The translations under genes were made by a program, and so were the position numbers. DNA of 64,000 nt, taken from assembly GCA_016191335.1 (NCBI GenBank), contig JACPOW010000010.1, positions 34,469 to 98,468 on the forward strand, written 5' to 3'. How positions within the stretch are numbered: position 1 is the stretch's first letter; the number at the start of each line of letters is the position of its first letter. The notes beneath the pieces are model-generated. The model was not told where the DNA came from, did no database searches, and worked only from the letters and a program-made list of their open reading frames with translations. This stretch comes from Elusimicrobiota bacterium. Lineage in GTDB: Bacteria; Elusimicrobiota; Elusimicrobia; UBA1565; UBA9628. Below are positions 28,371-37,400 of this stretch, piece by piece.

Positions 28371-30102
28371 TTATTTGAGGACCAGATTGGAAAGGCCGTT
28401 TTTCTCGAAGGCCTCGGCGTAGCGTTCCTCGTGAGCCCGCAGGTTCTTGAAGTATTCTTCGAGGGACATCTTCGAGACGGCTTCGCGGCCGAATTGACGC
28501 TCAAGGTCGCGCGCCGATAAGCGGGACTCGAGCTTCTCCCAGAAATTCTCCTCGTCATATTCCTCGATATGCGGCTCCAGGACCGGCTCCATGTCTTTCT
28601 CCACGTAGGCTTCCAGTCCCGCATCCTTGGCGCGCGAATACACGAGTTCGCTCACATCCCGATACTCCTTGACGATGTCCGCGGGGTCGCGCAGGGAGTT
28701 GGCCAGCCAGTCGCCCATGTAAACGAGATTGACGAGAGCTTTGTATTGCTTCGGGGTCAAGGCGATTTCCATGATTTTCTCCGCGGCCGGGCCGGCCGGC
28801 TCTCCTCGAAATAATTCGGCGCGCAATCTCGCGATCCCGTAGACCGGACGGCCGTCCCGGCTTTGCCGCTCCTCGCTGTTCTCGAAGTCCTTGAGCAGTT
28901 CGTCCAAGAGAGGCCGCGTGGCGGGATCGGCGACGGCTTGACGCGGGGTCAGGCCTCTCAAGGCCGGCACGGGCAGGTCCGGCCAGCGGCGGTAATGCTC
29001 GTCCAGGTGTTTGCCGATGATTTGAGCCTCGAGCTCCTTGGGAAGAACATCTTTTTCCGGCCCCTCCGTCTTCGCGACCGGCGCCTTCAAAGGGGTTCGT
29101 CGGGAGATTTTGAGGCGGACCAAGGAGCCCAGGCGCTCCTCCAGAAGCGCCGTCAAGGCGTCCATCCTTTCTTGGGACAGGCAAAAAGAAAAAAGCTCGG
29201 TCGAGGTGAGGGTCAGAGTGCCCCGGATGCTGACGCCGGCGCCGGCGTCCCGCGGCGCCGGCCCATCGTGGAGCCAGTTGAACACGAGCCCGCCCGGCTT
29301 GTCGTTGGATTCTCCCGCCTTTGAGAAGTCGGCCATGTCCTCCAGGCGGCGCCGAACCTCCGCGCCATCCGTCACGTCGAACACAGCGTCGGTGGGGGTG
29401 ACCAACTCCCGTGTCGAGGTGACCACGACCGGGCCGGGCTGTCGGGCGACCATCTCCTCGATAAAACAGTTGAGGTCGGCACCGGCAGCCTTCAAGTAGT
29501 CCGGCGCCGCGGCCTCCGGCTGACTTTCCCGCATCTCCGCGAGGCCGTCTCGGACGTAAGCGAGGATCTCGTCCTTGGCGCTTCGCGAGATGCCTATAAA
29601 TCATGTCCCAGGTGTGAAGCTGGCGGGAGGCGTTTTTACTGTTGACGGCGTACTCCTCACCGGTCACCAGGTCCTTCAAGCGCAAGGCGGCGCCGGGGTC
29701 GACGGCCGAGACTTCGAAGAAGGACTTCCAATTCTTCAGCCAACCGGTCAGAAGAGCGAGTTCTTCGGCGGGCAGGGACCGGCCGCGGGCGTCGAGGAAT
29801 AGATCGAGCAGAAAACGGCCTGAGGGCGGAAAGGGGAAATCATGGACGAAGTAGTCCATGAAATCCAAGAAGCGGCCATCCTTTTCCTCCGGCGCCCCCG
29901 CGATATTGGTTCCCCACCGCTCCTGCGCCTGAGCGATATATTTATGATTATGGTCGAGCGCCTGGACGAAATTCATGATTTTTCGCCGCAGGGACCCATC
30001 GACGTCGGGCAGCGCGCCCGAGGCTGACTCGGGGGGCAGGCAGCATTTTTTGTGTTTCCGGCCGCTCCCGCACGGGCAGGGAGCGTTGCGGGCGATGTCC
30101 AT
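28371..30102 (-). pseudogene. SEC-C motif protein, frameshifted near 29595
   Basis: N-terminal RNAPCPCGSGRKHKKCC in ORF 30102; protein-like sequence continues in the frame of ORF 28371-29534 (WPDLPVPALRGLTPRQA module). Confidence 0.75.
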
Positions 30103-30445
30103 AGGGCTATTTTAGCTCAATTCCGGCTACGTCAGTCGTCGCGTCGCCGGGCCGCGGCTGATTTTACCGACTCGGACGCGGGACGCAGGTGTTGAGCAGG
30201 CGGCGGGCGAGTTCGGCAGCACGCACCGGTTCACTCTTTCAACTCAGTTTTGATATCGACGAGACCTTGCTCATCGACCGCGTAGCGGTATCCACACGCC
30301 AACTCGCCGCGCGTCCCCGCCGGCCCGCATCAAGCTGCGAAGCTTTCAAAAGAAGAGCTGGCCGCGCTCTTGAGCGAACTGCCGGACAGTAATACCTTCA
30401 TATACAAACTTCTATAGGCAATTCTGTCCGCGTTCAATCTAGAAC

Positions 30446-30464
30446 TGGTCACAAAAGTGGTCAC
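30446..30464 (+). repeat. Paired TGGTCAC repeats, putative integrase arm-type sites (right)
   Basis: TGGTCAC at 30446 and 30458, 12-bp period; AAAAGTGGTCACTTT is shared with the left end. Confidence 0.65.
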
Positions 30465-30655
30465 TTTGACCTGAAACCCCTTTTGCGATTTTTCGATGAA
30501 AATCAGAAATCGCCTTGGGCTGCAGCATATATTTTCTTTAGGGAACCGCAAAAGCCAACGGTTTAGCGAACCGTCCATCCGTCGAGAAATCGCAATCGCC
30601 TCGCTTTTCGGCCGGAAAAAAGTTACGATGTCGAAAGCAGTTTTTTCCAATTTCT

Positions 30656-30745
30656 GGAGAGGTGGGTGAGCGGCTGAAACCGACGGTTTGCTAAACCGTT
30701 GTACGGCGTAAAGCTGTACCGAGGGTTCGAATCCCTCCCTCTCCG
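30656..30745 (+). tRNA. tRNA-Ser(GCT)
   Basis: Acceptor GGAGAGG/CCTCTCC plus G; anticodon arm ACGGT-TTGCTAA-ACCGT; long variable arm GTACGGC/GCTGTAC; T arm GAGGG-TTCGAAT-CCCTC; CCA not encoded. Confidence 0.97.
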
Positions 30746-30827
30746 TGCCTTTTTTAATAGACGTTAAGGATGCACGGGTCTTAGCGCAGCTGGCGGGGAC
30801 TCGTGCCGACTCCGAGTCCTTACATGA

Positions 30828-30865
30828 GGAGGCCGGGCCTCGGGAGAGGTCCGGCCTTCCTTTTT
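30828..30865 (+). terminator. Intrinsic terminator downstream of tRNA-Ser
   Basis: GGAGGCCGGGCCTC-GGGA-GAGGTCCGGCCTTCC followed by TTTTT. Confidence 0.75.
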
Positions 30866-32061
30866 CAGAAGAGGAACATCGCCTTGACGCTGCCGCCGTC
30901 CCAGGCCTTGCCGGGCTTGTCGACGTCGAGGACGCCGCCCAAGGTGATCAGGCCGGCCGAGCCGAACTTGACCTCGAGGGAGGCGCCGAGCTTGGCCTCG
31001 CCCACGGACTCGTAGCGCTCGGAGGCGCCGCCGACCGGATGGCGGACCCGGTTCTCGCCCAGGGAGAAGGAGGGGGACAGCTCGCTCGTCAGGCGCGCGT
31101 TCAGGCTGCGGCGCCAGCGCAGGTAGGGCTGGATCTCCCAGCGCCGGTAGAGGGTCCCCGACGCCGGCATGCCAGGGATGTCGGTGCGCGCGGCGCGAAG
31201 AAGGAAGGCCGCGCCTGGCTCGAGCTCGTCGTCCGGCGACGGCCGCAGGCGCGCGGAGGCCGACGCCTCGTGCACCTTGCGACGGGCCTCCTCGGAGGTC
31301 CCCGTCCCGCCGGGAGCCACGGTGTTGATCTTCGCCTGCTCCTCATATGAGTAGCGCAATCTGGGGGCCCAGTTATCGTCCGAGCCGGCCTCGGCCCGGA
31401 CGCGCGTGCGGCGGTAGAAGAAGGAGCGCCTCTCGTCGGGCACCAGCCGCCGCGTCGCCTCGTCGAGGTCGCCGGAAAGCCGCAGGCTCCAAGCCCCGAG
31501 CGGCGCCTTGAAGGAGACCTCGTCCGTGTAGGGCTTCAGCGAGTAGCTCTGCGTGGTGCTGCCGCGCCCGTTGAGGTTCCAGTCCACGGCCGCCCGGCGC
31601 GCCCGCGCTTCCCAGCCCCCGCGCCGCCAGCGCACGCCGGCGCCGATGTCCGCGTCTTCCTTGCGATAAGTGGGCTCGCCGAACACTTCGGCCGACCAGC
31701 CCGCGCCCAGGTCGTGCTCGAATTCGATCCAGTGGTGTATCTCTTGCCGGTCTTTGTCGGAGAGCTCCACGAACCGGAATCGGAACTCAAGCTTGGGTGT
31801 CAGGCGTCGCGTGAACAAGAGGGTCTGGTCCAGGTAGAGGTCGCAGCAATCAAGGGACGCGCCGTTAACGCGGTAACCACCCGTGGACGCGGCCCACGCG
31901 TCATCCCACGCCCTCGACCAAGCGAAGCTGTTGAGGTCGAGAAAATACTCTGAGTCGAATAAAGGTTCCGTGTCGGTGCGATCCATCAGGGATCGTGTAA
32001 ATACCGCCTGACCCGGTATGGACATCAACATCAAAACGGCGGGAAATATAAACCGCTTCAC
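30865..32061 (-). CDS. Hypothetical outer-membrane beta-barrel protein
   Basis: Signal peptide from GTG 32061; amphipathic beta-strands; C-terminal ...SVKAMFLF. Confidence 0.7.
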   Translation of the reverse strand: MKRFIFPAVLMLMSIPGQAVFTRSLMDRTDTEPLFDSEYFLDLNSFAWSRAWDDAWAASTGGYRVNGASLDCCDLYLDQTLLFTRRLTPKLEFRFRFVELSDKDRQEIHHWIEFEHDLGAGWSAEVFGEPTYRKEDADIGAGVRWRRGGWEARARRAAVDWNLNGRGSTTQSYSLKPYTDEVSFKAPLGAWSLRLSGDLDEATRRLVPDERRSFFYRRTRVRAEAGSDDNWAPRLRYSYEEQAKINTVAPGGTGTSEEARRKVHEASASARLRPSPDDELEPGAAFLLRAARTDIPGMPASGTLYRRWEIQPYLRWRRSLNARLTSELSPSFSLGENRVRHPVGGASERYESVGEAKLGASLEVKFGSAGLITLGGVLDVDKPGKAWDGGSVKAMFLF

Positions 32062-32084
32062 GCCGTTATTATAGAATCTCATCG

Positions 32085-32420
32085 ATGACCGCCGCCGAAT
32101 TCTGGCCTTACTATGTGTCTCAGCATCTGAACCCGATCAATCGGCGTTTACACGCCGTGGGAACGACGTTGGGGATCGTTCTTGGCGCCGTGGCCCTCAT
32201 AACGAGTACTCCATTCGTTGCCGTTCTAGCCGTTGCCGTCGCGTATGGGTGCGCCTGGGCCGGTCACTTTTTTTACGAAAAGAATCGACCGGCGACTTTT
32301 ACTTATCCGTTGTTGTCGTTACGCGCCGACTTCCGCATGTATTGGCTGATCCTGCGCGGCGAGATGGACACCGAGATCCTTCTTCTTCTGAAAGACCTCA
32401 AGCGCCTGCGTCAGCCTTAA
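32085..32420 (+). CDS. DUF962 / Mpo1-like membrane protein
   Basis: FWPYYVSQH...NRRLHAVGT, AWAGHFFYEKNRPATF. Confidence 0.9.
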   Translation: MTAAEFWPYYVSQHLNPINRRLHAVGTTLGIVLGAVALITSTPFVAVLAVAVAYGCAWAGHFFYEKNRPATFTYPLLSLRADFRMYWLILRGEMDTEILLLLKDLKRLRQP

Positions 32421-34323
32421 AGAACGCTTCGAGGTCGTCCAACCCGTTCAGCTTCTTACACGGCGGCAGGGACCGCAAGAACGTCTTCCCGTACCCCTTC
32501 TTGAGCACCCGCGAGTCCAGGCACACCACCGCCCCGCGGTCCGTTCCGGTGCGGATGAGTCGCCCGAACCCCTGCCTGAACTTCATCACCGCCCGCGGCA
32601 GCGACCAGTCCTTGAAGTAATCCCGCCCGTTCTCCTCGAGCCAGCGCCTGCGCGCCTCCTCGAGCGCCGACGAGACGTTGGGGAACGGCAGCTTGACCAG
32701 AACCACGCACGACAGAGCCTCGCCCGGCACGTCGATGCCCTGCCAGAAGGTGTCCACGCCGAGGAGGACCGCGTCGCCGGCGTCCTCGAACTCGCGCACC
32801 AGGGCCTCGTGGCCGGAGGCGCCCTGCGCCCACACCGGGCGGCCGGGGATCTTCTTGCGCAGGAGGCCGTGGACGCGCTTGAGCAGCTTCCAGGAGGAGA
32901 ACAGGAGGAAGACCCCGCCCGGCACGCGCGCGACGATGTCGGCGCACATCTGCGTGACGGCGGCGGCGTGGGCCTCCTCGTCCTTGGGGTCGGGGACGCC
33001 CTCGACGGCCCAGAAGGCGGCCTGGGTGGAGTAGTCGTAGGGCGAGTCGAGGACCAGCTCGCGCGCCTCGGGCAGGCCGACGCGCGACTTGAAGTCCTTG
33101 AGGCCGTCGCCGATGGAGAGCGTGGCCGAGGTCAGTATGGCGGGGATGCCGCGGGAGAACAGGCCCTCGGCCAGGCGGCGGCCCACGTCGAGCGGGGCGG
33201 CGCGCAGCTCCGGGCCGGTGCGCGGCCAGGCCACCCAGCGGGCGGTCGCCGACGAGTCGGGCTTGAGCACGGCCATCAGGTCGTGGCCGAACTGCGCCAC
33301 GCGCGCGTGGAGCATGCGCATCTCGGTCTCGTCGGGGCGGCCCTCGGCGGCGGCCGCGGCCTCGGCCAGCGCCTTGTCGAGGGCGAGGAGCTCGGGCGGC
33401 GGGGCGTCGGGCGTATGCTCGAGCAGCTTGCCCTGGTTCTCCTCGTCGGGGGCGTTCAGGCCGCTGCCGCGGGCGAGGTCCTCTAAAAAGCGGCCGAGCC
33501 CGGAGGCCGCCTCGTCGGCCAGGGCCGACAGCGACTCGTCGGCGTACAGCTTGGCGGCGACGCGCACCTCCTCGGTCAGGGCCACGGCGCGGCCGAGGCC
33601 CGCGGCCACGCCGTAGCGCGCGGACGCCGCGTCCTCCAGGTTGTGCGCCTCGTCGAGGATCATCGCGTCGGAGGGGGGCAGGCGCGCGCCCGAGAGCAGG
33701 AGTGCGTGGTTGACGACGAGGATGTGGGCGCGGTCGGCGCGCTCCCGGTCGCGCCGCCACAGGCAGCGGTCCCAGTACGGGCCGCCGGGGCCCATGCAGA
33801 TGTCGGTGTCGCGCGCGACGCGGTCCCACAGGTTCTGCGGGATCAGCTCGGGCAGGTTCGAGCGGTGGCCGGTCTGCGCGTCGCGCGTCCACGCGTCGAG
33901 CCGGTCCAAGATGTCCTTGCCGGTCTCGGAGACGGTGTCGGGCCGCGCGCGCAGGCGCGCCAGGCGCTGGACGCACAGATAATTGTCCGCGCCCATGAGC
34001 ATCGCGTAGCGCAAGGGAAGGCCGAGGGCCTCCAGCGCCTTCGCGGCCGTGGGCAGCTCGTGGTTGAGGAGCTGCTCCTGAAGAGCGCGAGTATGCGTGG
34101 ACACGATCACGCGCCGGTCGCGCGTCACCGCCCACAGCGCCGCGGGCAGGAGGTACGCGAGGCTTTTCCCGACGCCGGTGCCCGCCTCCACGACGAGGTC
34201 CCCGCCGCGCTCGAGCGATTGCCACACCGCCCCGGCCATCGCTTCCTGGGGCGGGCGGGGCTCGTAGCCGGAACGGGCGCGCGCCAAAGCGCCTTCAGGC
34301 CCGAACAACGCGGCGAGGTCCAT
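32398..34323 (-). CDS. DinG/YoaA-family ATP-dependent helicase
   Basis: Q motif, EAGTGVGKS, DEAH, TSATL, FWQGIDVPG, KLPF, QGFGRLIR. Confidence 0.93.
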   Translation of the reverse strand: MDLAALFGPEGALARARSGYEPRPPQEAMAGAVWQSLERGGDLVVEAGTGVGKSLAYLLPAALWAVTRDRRVIVSTHTRALQEQLLNHELPTAAKALEALGLPLRYAMLMGADNYLCVQRLARLRARPDTVSETGKDILDRLDAWTRDAQTGHRSNLPELIPQNLWDRVARDTDICMGPGGPYWDRCLWRRDRERADRAHILVVNHALLLSGARLPPSDAMILDEAHNLEDAASARYGVAAGLGRAVALTEEVRVAAKLYADESLSALADEAASGLGRFLEDLARGSGLNAPDEENQGKLLEHTPDAPPPELLALDKALAEAAAAAEGRPDETEMRMLHARVAQFGHDLMAVLKPDSSATARWVAWPRTGPELRAAPLDVGRRLAEGLFSRGIPAILTSATLSIGDGLKDFKSRVGLPEARELVLDSPYDYSTQAAFWAVEGVPDPKDEEAHAAAVTQMCADIVARVPGGVFLLFSSWKLLKRVHGLLRKKIPGRPVWAQGASGHEALVREFEDAGDAVLLGVDTFWQGIDVPGEALSCVVLVKLPFPNVSSALEEARRRWLEENGRDYFKDWSLPRAVMKFRQGFGRLIRTGTDRGAVVCLDSRVLKKGYGKTFLRSLPPCKKLNGLDDLEAFFKADAGA

Positions 34324-34349
34324 GCGCCATTGTAGTATTTCGCCCCGTT

Positions 34350-34420
34350 GGGGTCAGACCTCCCGTTGTTGCGAACTTGGGGTCTGACCCCGACAACGCA
34401 ACAGCGGGAGGTCTGACCCC
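34350..34420. repeat. REP-like inverted repeat element, copy 1
   Basis: GGGGTCAGACCTCCCGTTGTTGCG...CGCAACAGCGGGAGGTCTGACCCC (24-bp arms, 1 mismatch) with an extra internal GGGGTCTGACCCC. Confidence 0.85.
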
Positions 34421-34422
34421 GC

Positions 34423-37400
34423 TTATCGCGAGGCGAGGCGGCGGACGAGGGGGGACTCGCCGGGCATGTTGGGGACGAGGTCCTTGAGGGCCTGCTCGGC
34501 GGCGCGGCGGGCGGCGAGGGCGGCGGAAAGGGAGGCCTGGGCGGCGGCGAGCTCGGCGTCGAAGGCGTCGGCCTTGGCCTCGGGGCGGGCCTCGAGCCTC
34601 TTGAGCTCCTCTTCGTAGAGGCGCAGGCGCGCGTCCTGGCCCTCGGCGCCGAGCTCGAGGAGGTAGCTCATCACGACGCGGTCGGTGGCCGCGCGGCGCG
34701 GGTCGGCGGAGAGGGTGCCGCCGTCCTCGCGGGCGCCGAGGCCGAGCTCGGCCAGGGCGGCGAGGAAGGCGGCGCGGCCGGTCTCGGTGCGGACATAGGC
34801 CTCGGCGTAATTGCCGGCGCGGCCGCGCACGGTCTCGAGCGTCTCGCGGCGGGCGCCGCCGCGGAAGGCGGAGAGGGCCTCGGCGCGGGAGGCCTCGCGG
34901 TCCTCCTGGGCCCAGCGAGCCTCGCGCATCAAAGCGCCGGAGCCGAAGATGAGGTTCAGGCGGCCGTCCACCGTGCTCGGGTCCTTGGAGTACTCGCCCT
35001 CGCCGGGGTTGAGGGCGCCGTCGTTGTCCACGACCGCGGGGAACTGGCTCGGGTCGAAGTAGCGCTGGACCGGGTCCGGGAGTATTCCGAGGACGTCGAT
35101 GGCGTGGAGTAGGGTCCCGCCGGGGCCGCGGCGGACGGACGCCCCGCCCTCGCCGCGGCGCGCGTAGACGCCGCCGAGGTAGCCGTGCTGGTTCGGATCG
35201 CGCCCGGTGATCAGCTCGATCGGGATCTGCACGACCCCGCGAGGAAGCTCGAAGAGGAGGTCGGGCCACTGGCCGGGGGAGTAGGCCCATCGCCGGGCCG
35301 CGGCGGCGGCGCGGCGCGCGGAGGAGAGGCGGGCCTCCTCGAGCTCGCGGCCGAGGGTCACGGAGAAGCCGGTCTCCGGGTCGATCCAGCGCTTGGGCTT
35401 GGCCGTGGGGGCGTACTCCGCGTCGGTGTCCTTCCACACGCGGCCGGAGGCGTCCTCCACCCACCAGCCGCCGGCCTTGCGCGACAGGGACTCCTTGTCG
35501 TTGAAGACGCGGCGCACGCGGCCCTGCGCGTCGGTCTCGAGGGCCAGGGGCGCCTCGCCGAGCCAGGTCGCGGCGGTCCCGCCGAGCGCGATGGTCCTCG
35601 AGCCCACGCGGGCGGCGACGACCGTGCCGTCCTCGCCCAGGCCGACCGACAGGTCCGCGGTCTTGTGGAAGGTCCACTTGTGAGCGGGGTCCTTCGGGTC
35701 GCGGGCGGCGTCGGCGGCCTTCTTCATCTCGTCCTCGTCGAGGTACACGGCGGCGACCTCGCCGCCCTCGTCGAGGGCGAAGCCCCACGAGGAGAGCTTG
35801 AGCTTGAGCCAGCCGGCGCGGCGCGCGGACAGCGCCTGGGCCTTGGCCTCGGCGGCCAGGGCCAGCAGGCCGGCGCGGCCGAGCTCGGCGCGGCGGTAGG
35901 AGGCGGAGGCGCCCGAGGACTCCAGCGCCTCGAGCGAGGGATAGGCGGAGGGGTCGGGGGCGGGGCCGTCGACGCGCACGAGCGAGATCAGCTCCGACGG
36001 CGCACGAAGCCGTGCCGCGGGGACGGGGACGGCCTTGCGCAGGCCGGTGCGCGGGTCGGGGCGGGCCTCGAACCACAGCACGCGCCCCTCGCCCTCGAGG
36101 CGGCGCAGGTCGCCCAAGGTCAAGGACGAGCCGGCGGCGCCGCCGTCGAGCACGACCTCGGTGCTCGTCAGGGCCCGGTCGAGGGCCGCGCGGCGGGCGG
36201 CCTCGGCGCGGCGGGAGCGCGCCTGCGCGAGGCGCTCGCGGGCGGCGTCGTCGCCCTCGACGACCTCCGACCACCCCTGGCTCAGGGCCTCGTCGGCGGT
36301 CGCCGGCGCGCGGCCCACCCAGAGCTCGGGGGCGACGAAGCGCCGGCCGGCGAGGTCGCTGACGCGCCCCGCGGCCTCGAACTTGCGGACGTCCGCCGGG
36401 GAGGACCAGGTGACGCCGTCCTTGCTCCGCAGGGCGACGAGCGCGGGCAGGGCGTCCGTGCGGCCGATCCAGCGCGCCTTCATGCCGCGCAGGAAGGCGA
36501 CGGTCTCCGAGGCGGGGGCGATCTCGCGCGTCTCGGAGGGGTCGAAGCGCAGGGCGAGCAGGCGGGATTCGCCGAGGGCGATCGCCGCCTCGAGGGTCAG
36601 GATACCGCGGCCGTACTGCAGGCGGTCGCGGCGCCGGGCGAGGCTGGCGCGCACGCCGAACAGGCCGTCGAGGGAGCGCGTCCAGGCGGCGTCGGCGGCC
36701 GCCTCGGGCAGCTCGAGCGTGCGGGCCAGCTCCGCGTCGAAGGCGTCGAGGGCGGAGACGTAGGCGTCGAGCGCCTTGTCCTTGAGCAGATGGTCGGTCG
36801 GCGAGCCGGAGCGCGACAGCCAGGCGGCCTGCGCCTCGCGGCGCAGGCGGGAGACCGTCGCGTCGAGCTCGATCAAGCGGCGCACGGGCTTGTCGAGGGC
36901 GGGCGGCGCCTTGACGGCGGACCAGTAGACCAAGGAGAGCTCGGCGTTCAAGGCGCCCTCGGTCGCGAGCACCGAGCCCTCGGCCTCGGCCGCGGCGCCG
37001 GCCTCCTGGCGCAGGAAGCCCATCAGGCCGGTCCACGACGAGCCGCGCGAGGGATCCGCGGCCTGCATCTCGGCGAGTATGCGCTCCAAGGTCCCCTCGA
37101 TGAGGCGGCGGCGGCCCTGCAGGTCCACCTTCATCAGGCGCTCGAGGCGCTCGGCGGGGTCGTAGTCGTTGCTCTTGACCGCCGCCTCGTCGCGGGCGGC
37201 GATCCGGTAGCGCTCGACGAGCACGCGCAGCTCGGCGCGGATGGACTCCGGCGCGCCGGCGAGGAGCTCGTCGTTGCGGCGCTCGAAGTCGGCGTCGAGC
37301 AGACGGTCGGCCCACCAGGCGAGCAGGCGGGCGCGGGCGGTGCGCTCGGCGGGCTCCAGGGGATCGCGCCCGCCGTCGGCGGAGCGGGGGCGGGCGTAGA

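Larger units (their letters stand above)
26963..30694. mobile_element. Integrase-less mini genomic island inserted in tRNA-Ser(GCT)
   Basis: Flanking 44-bp direct repeats, paired TGGTCAC sites near both ends, lower GC, a TA module and frameshifted cargo. Confidence 0.85.

Noticed and set aside
30115..30650. Possible integrase remnant or small ORFs (30189-30392, 30330-30650)
   Set aside because: No tyrosine or serine recombinase motifs seen; the ORFs overlap att-arm DNA and look non-coding.
30775..30820. tRNA-like start (CGGGTCTTAGCGCAGCTGG) and a small hairpin after tRNA-Ser
   Set aside because: No closing D stem, no TTCGA T loop and no acceptor pairing; cannot be supported as an RNA gene.
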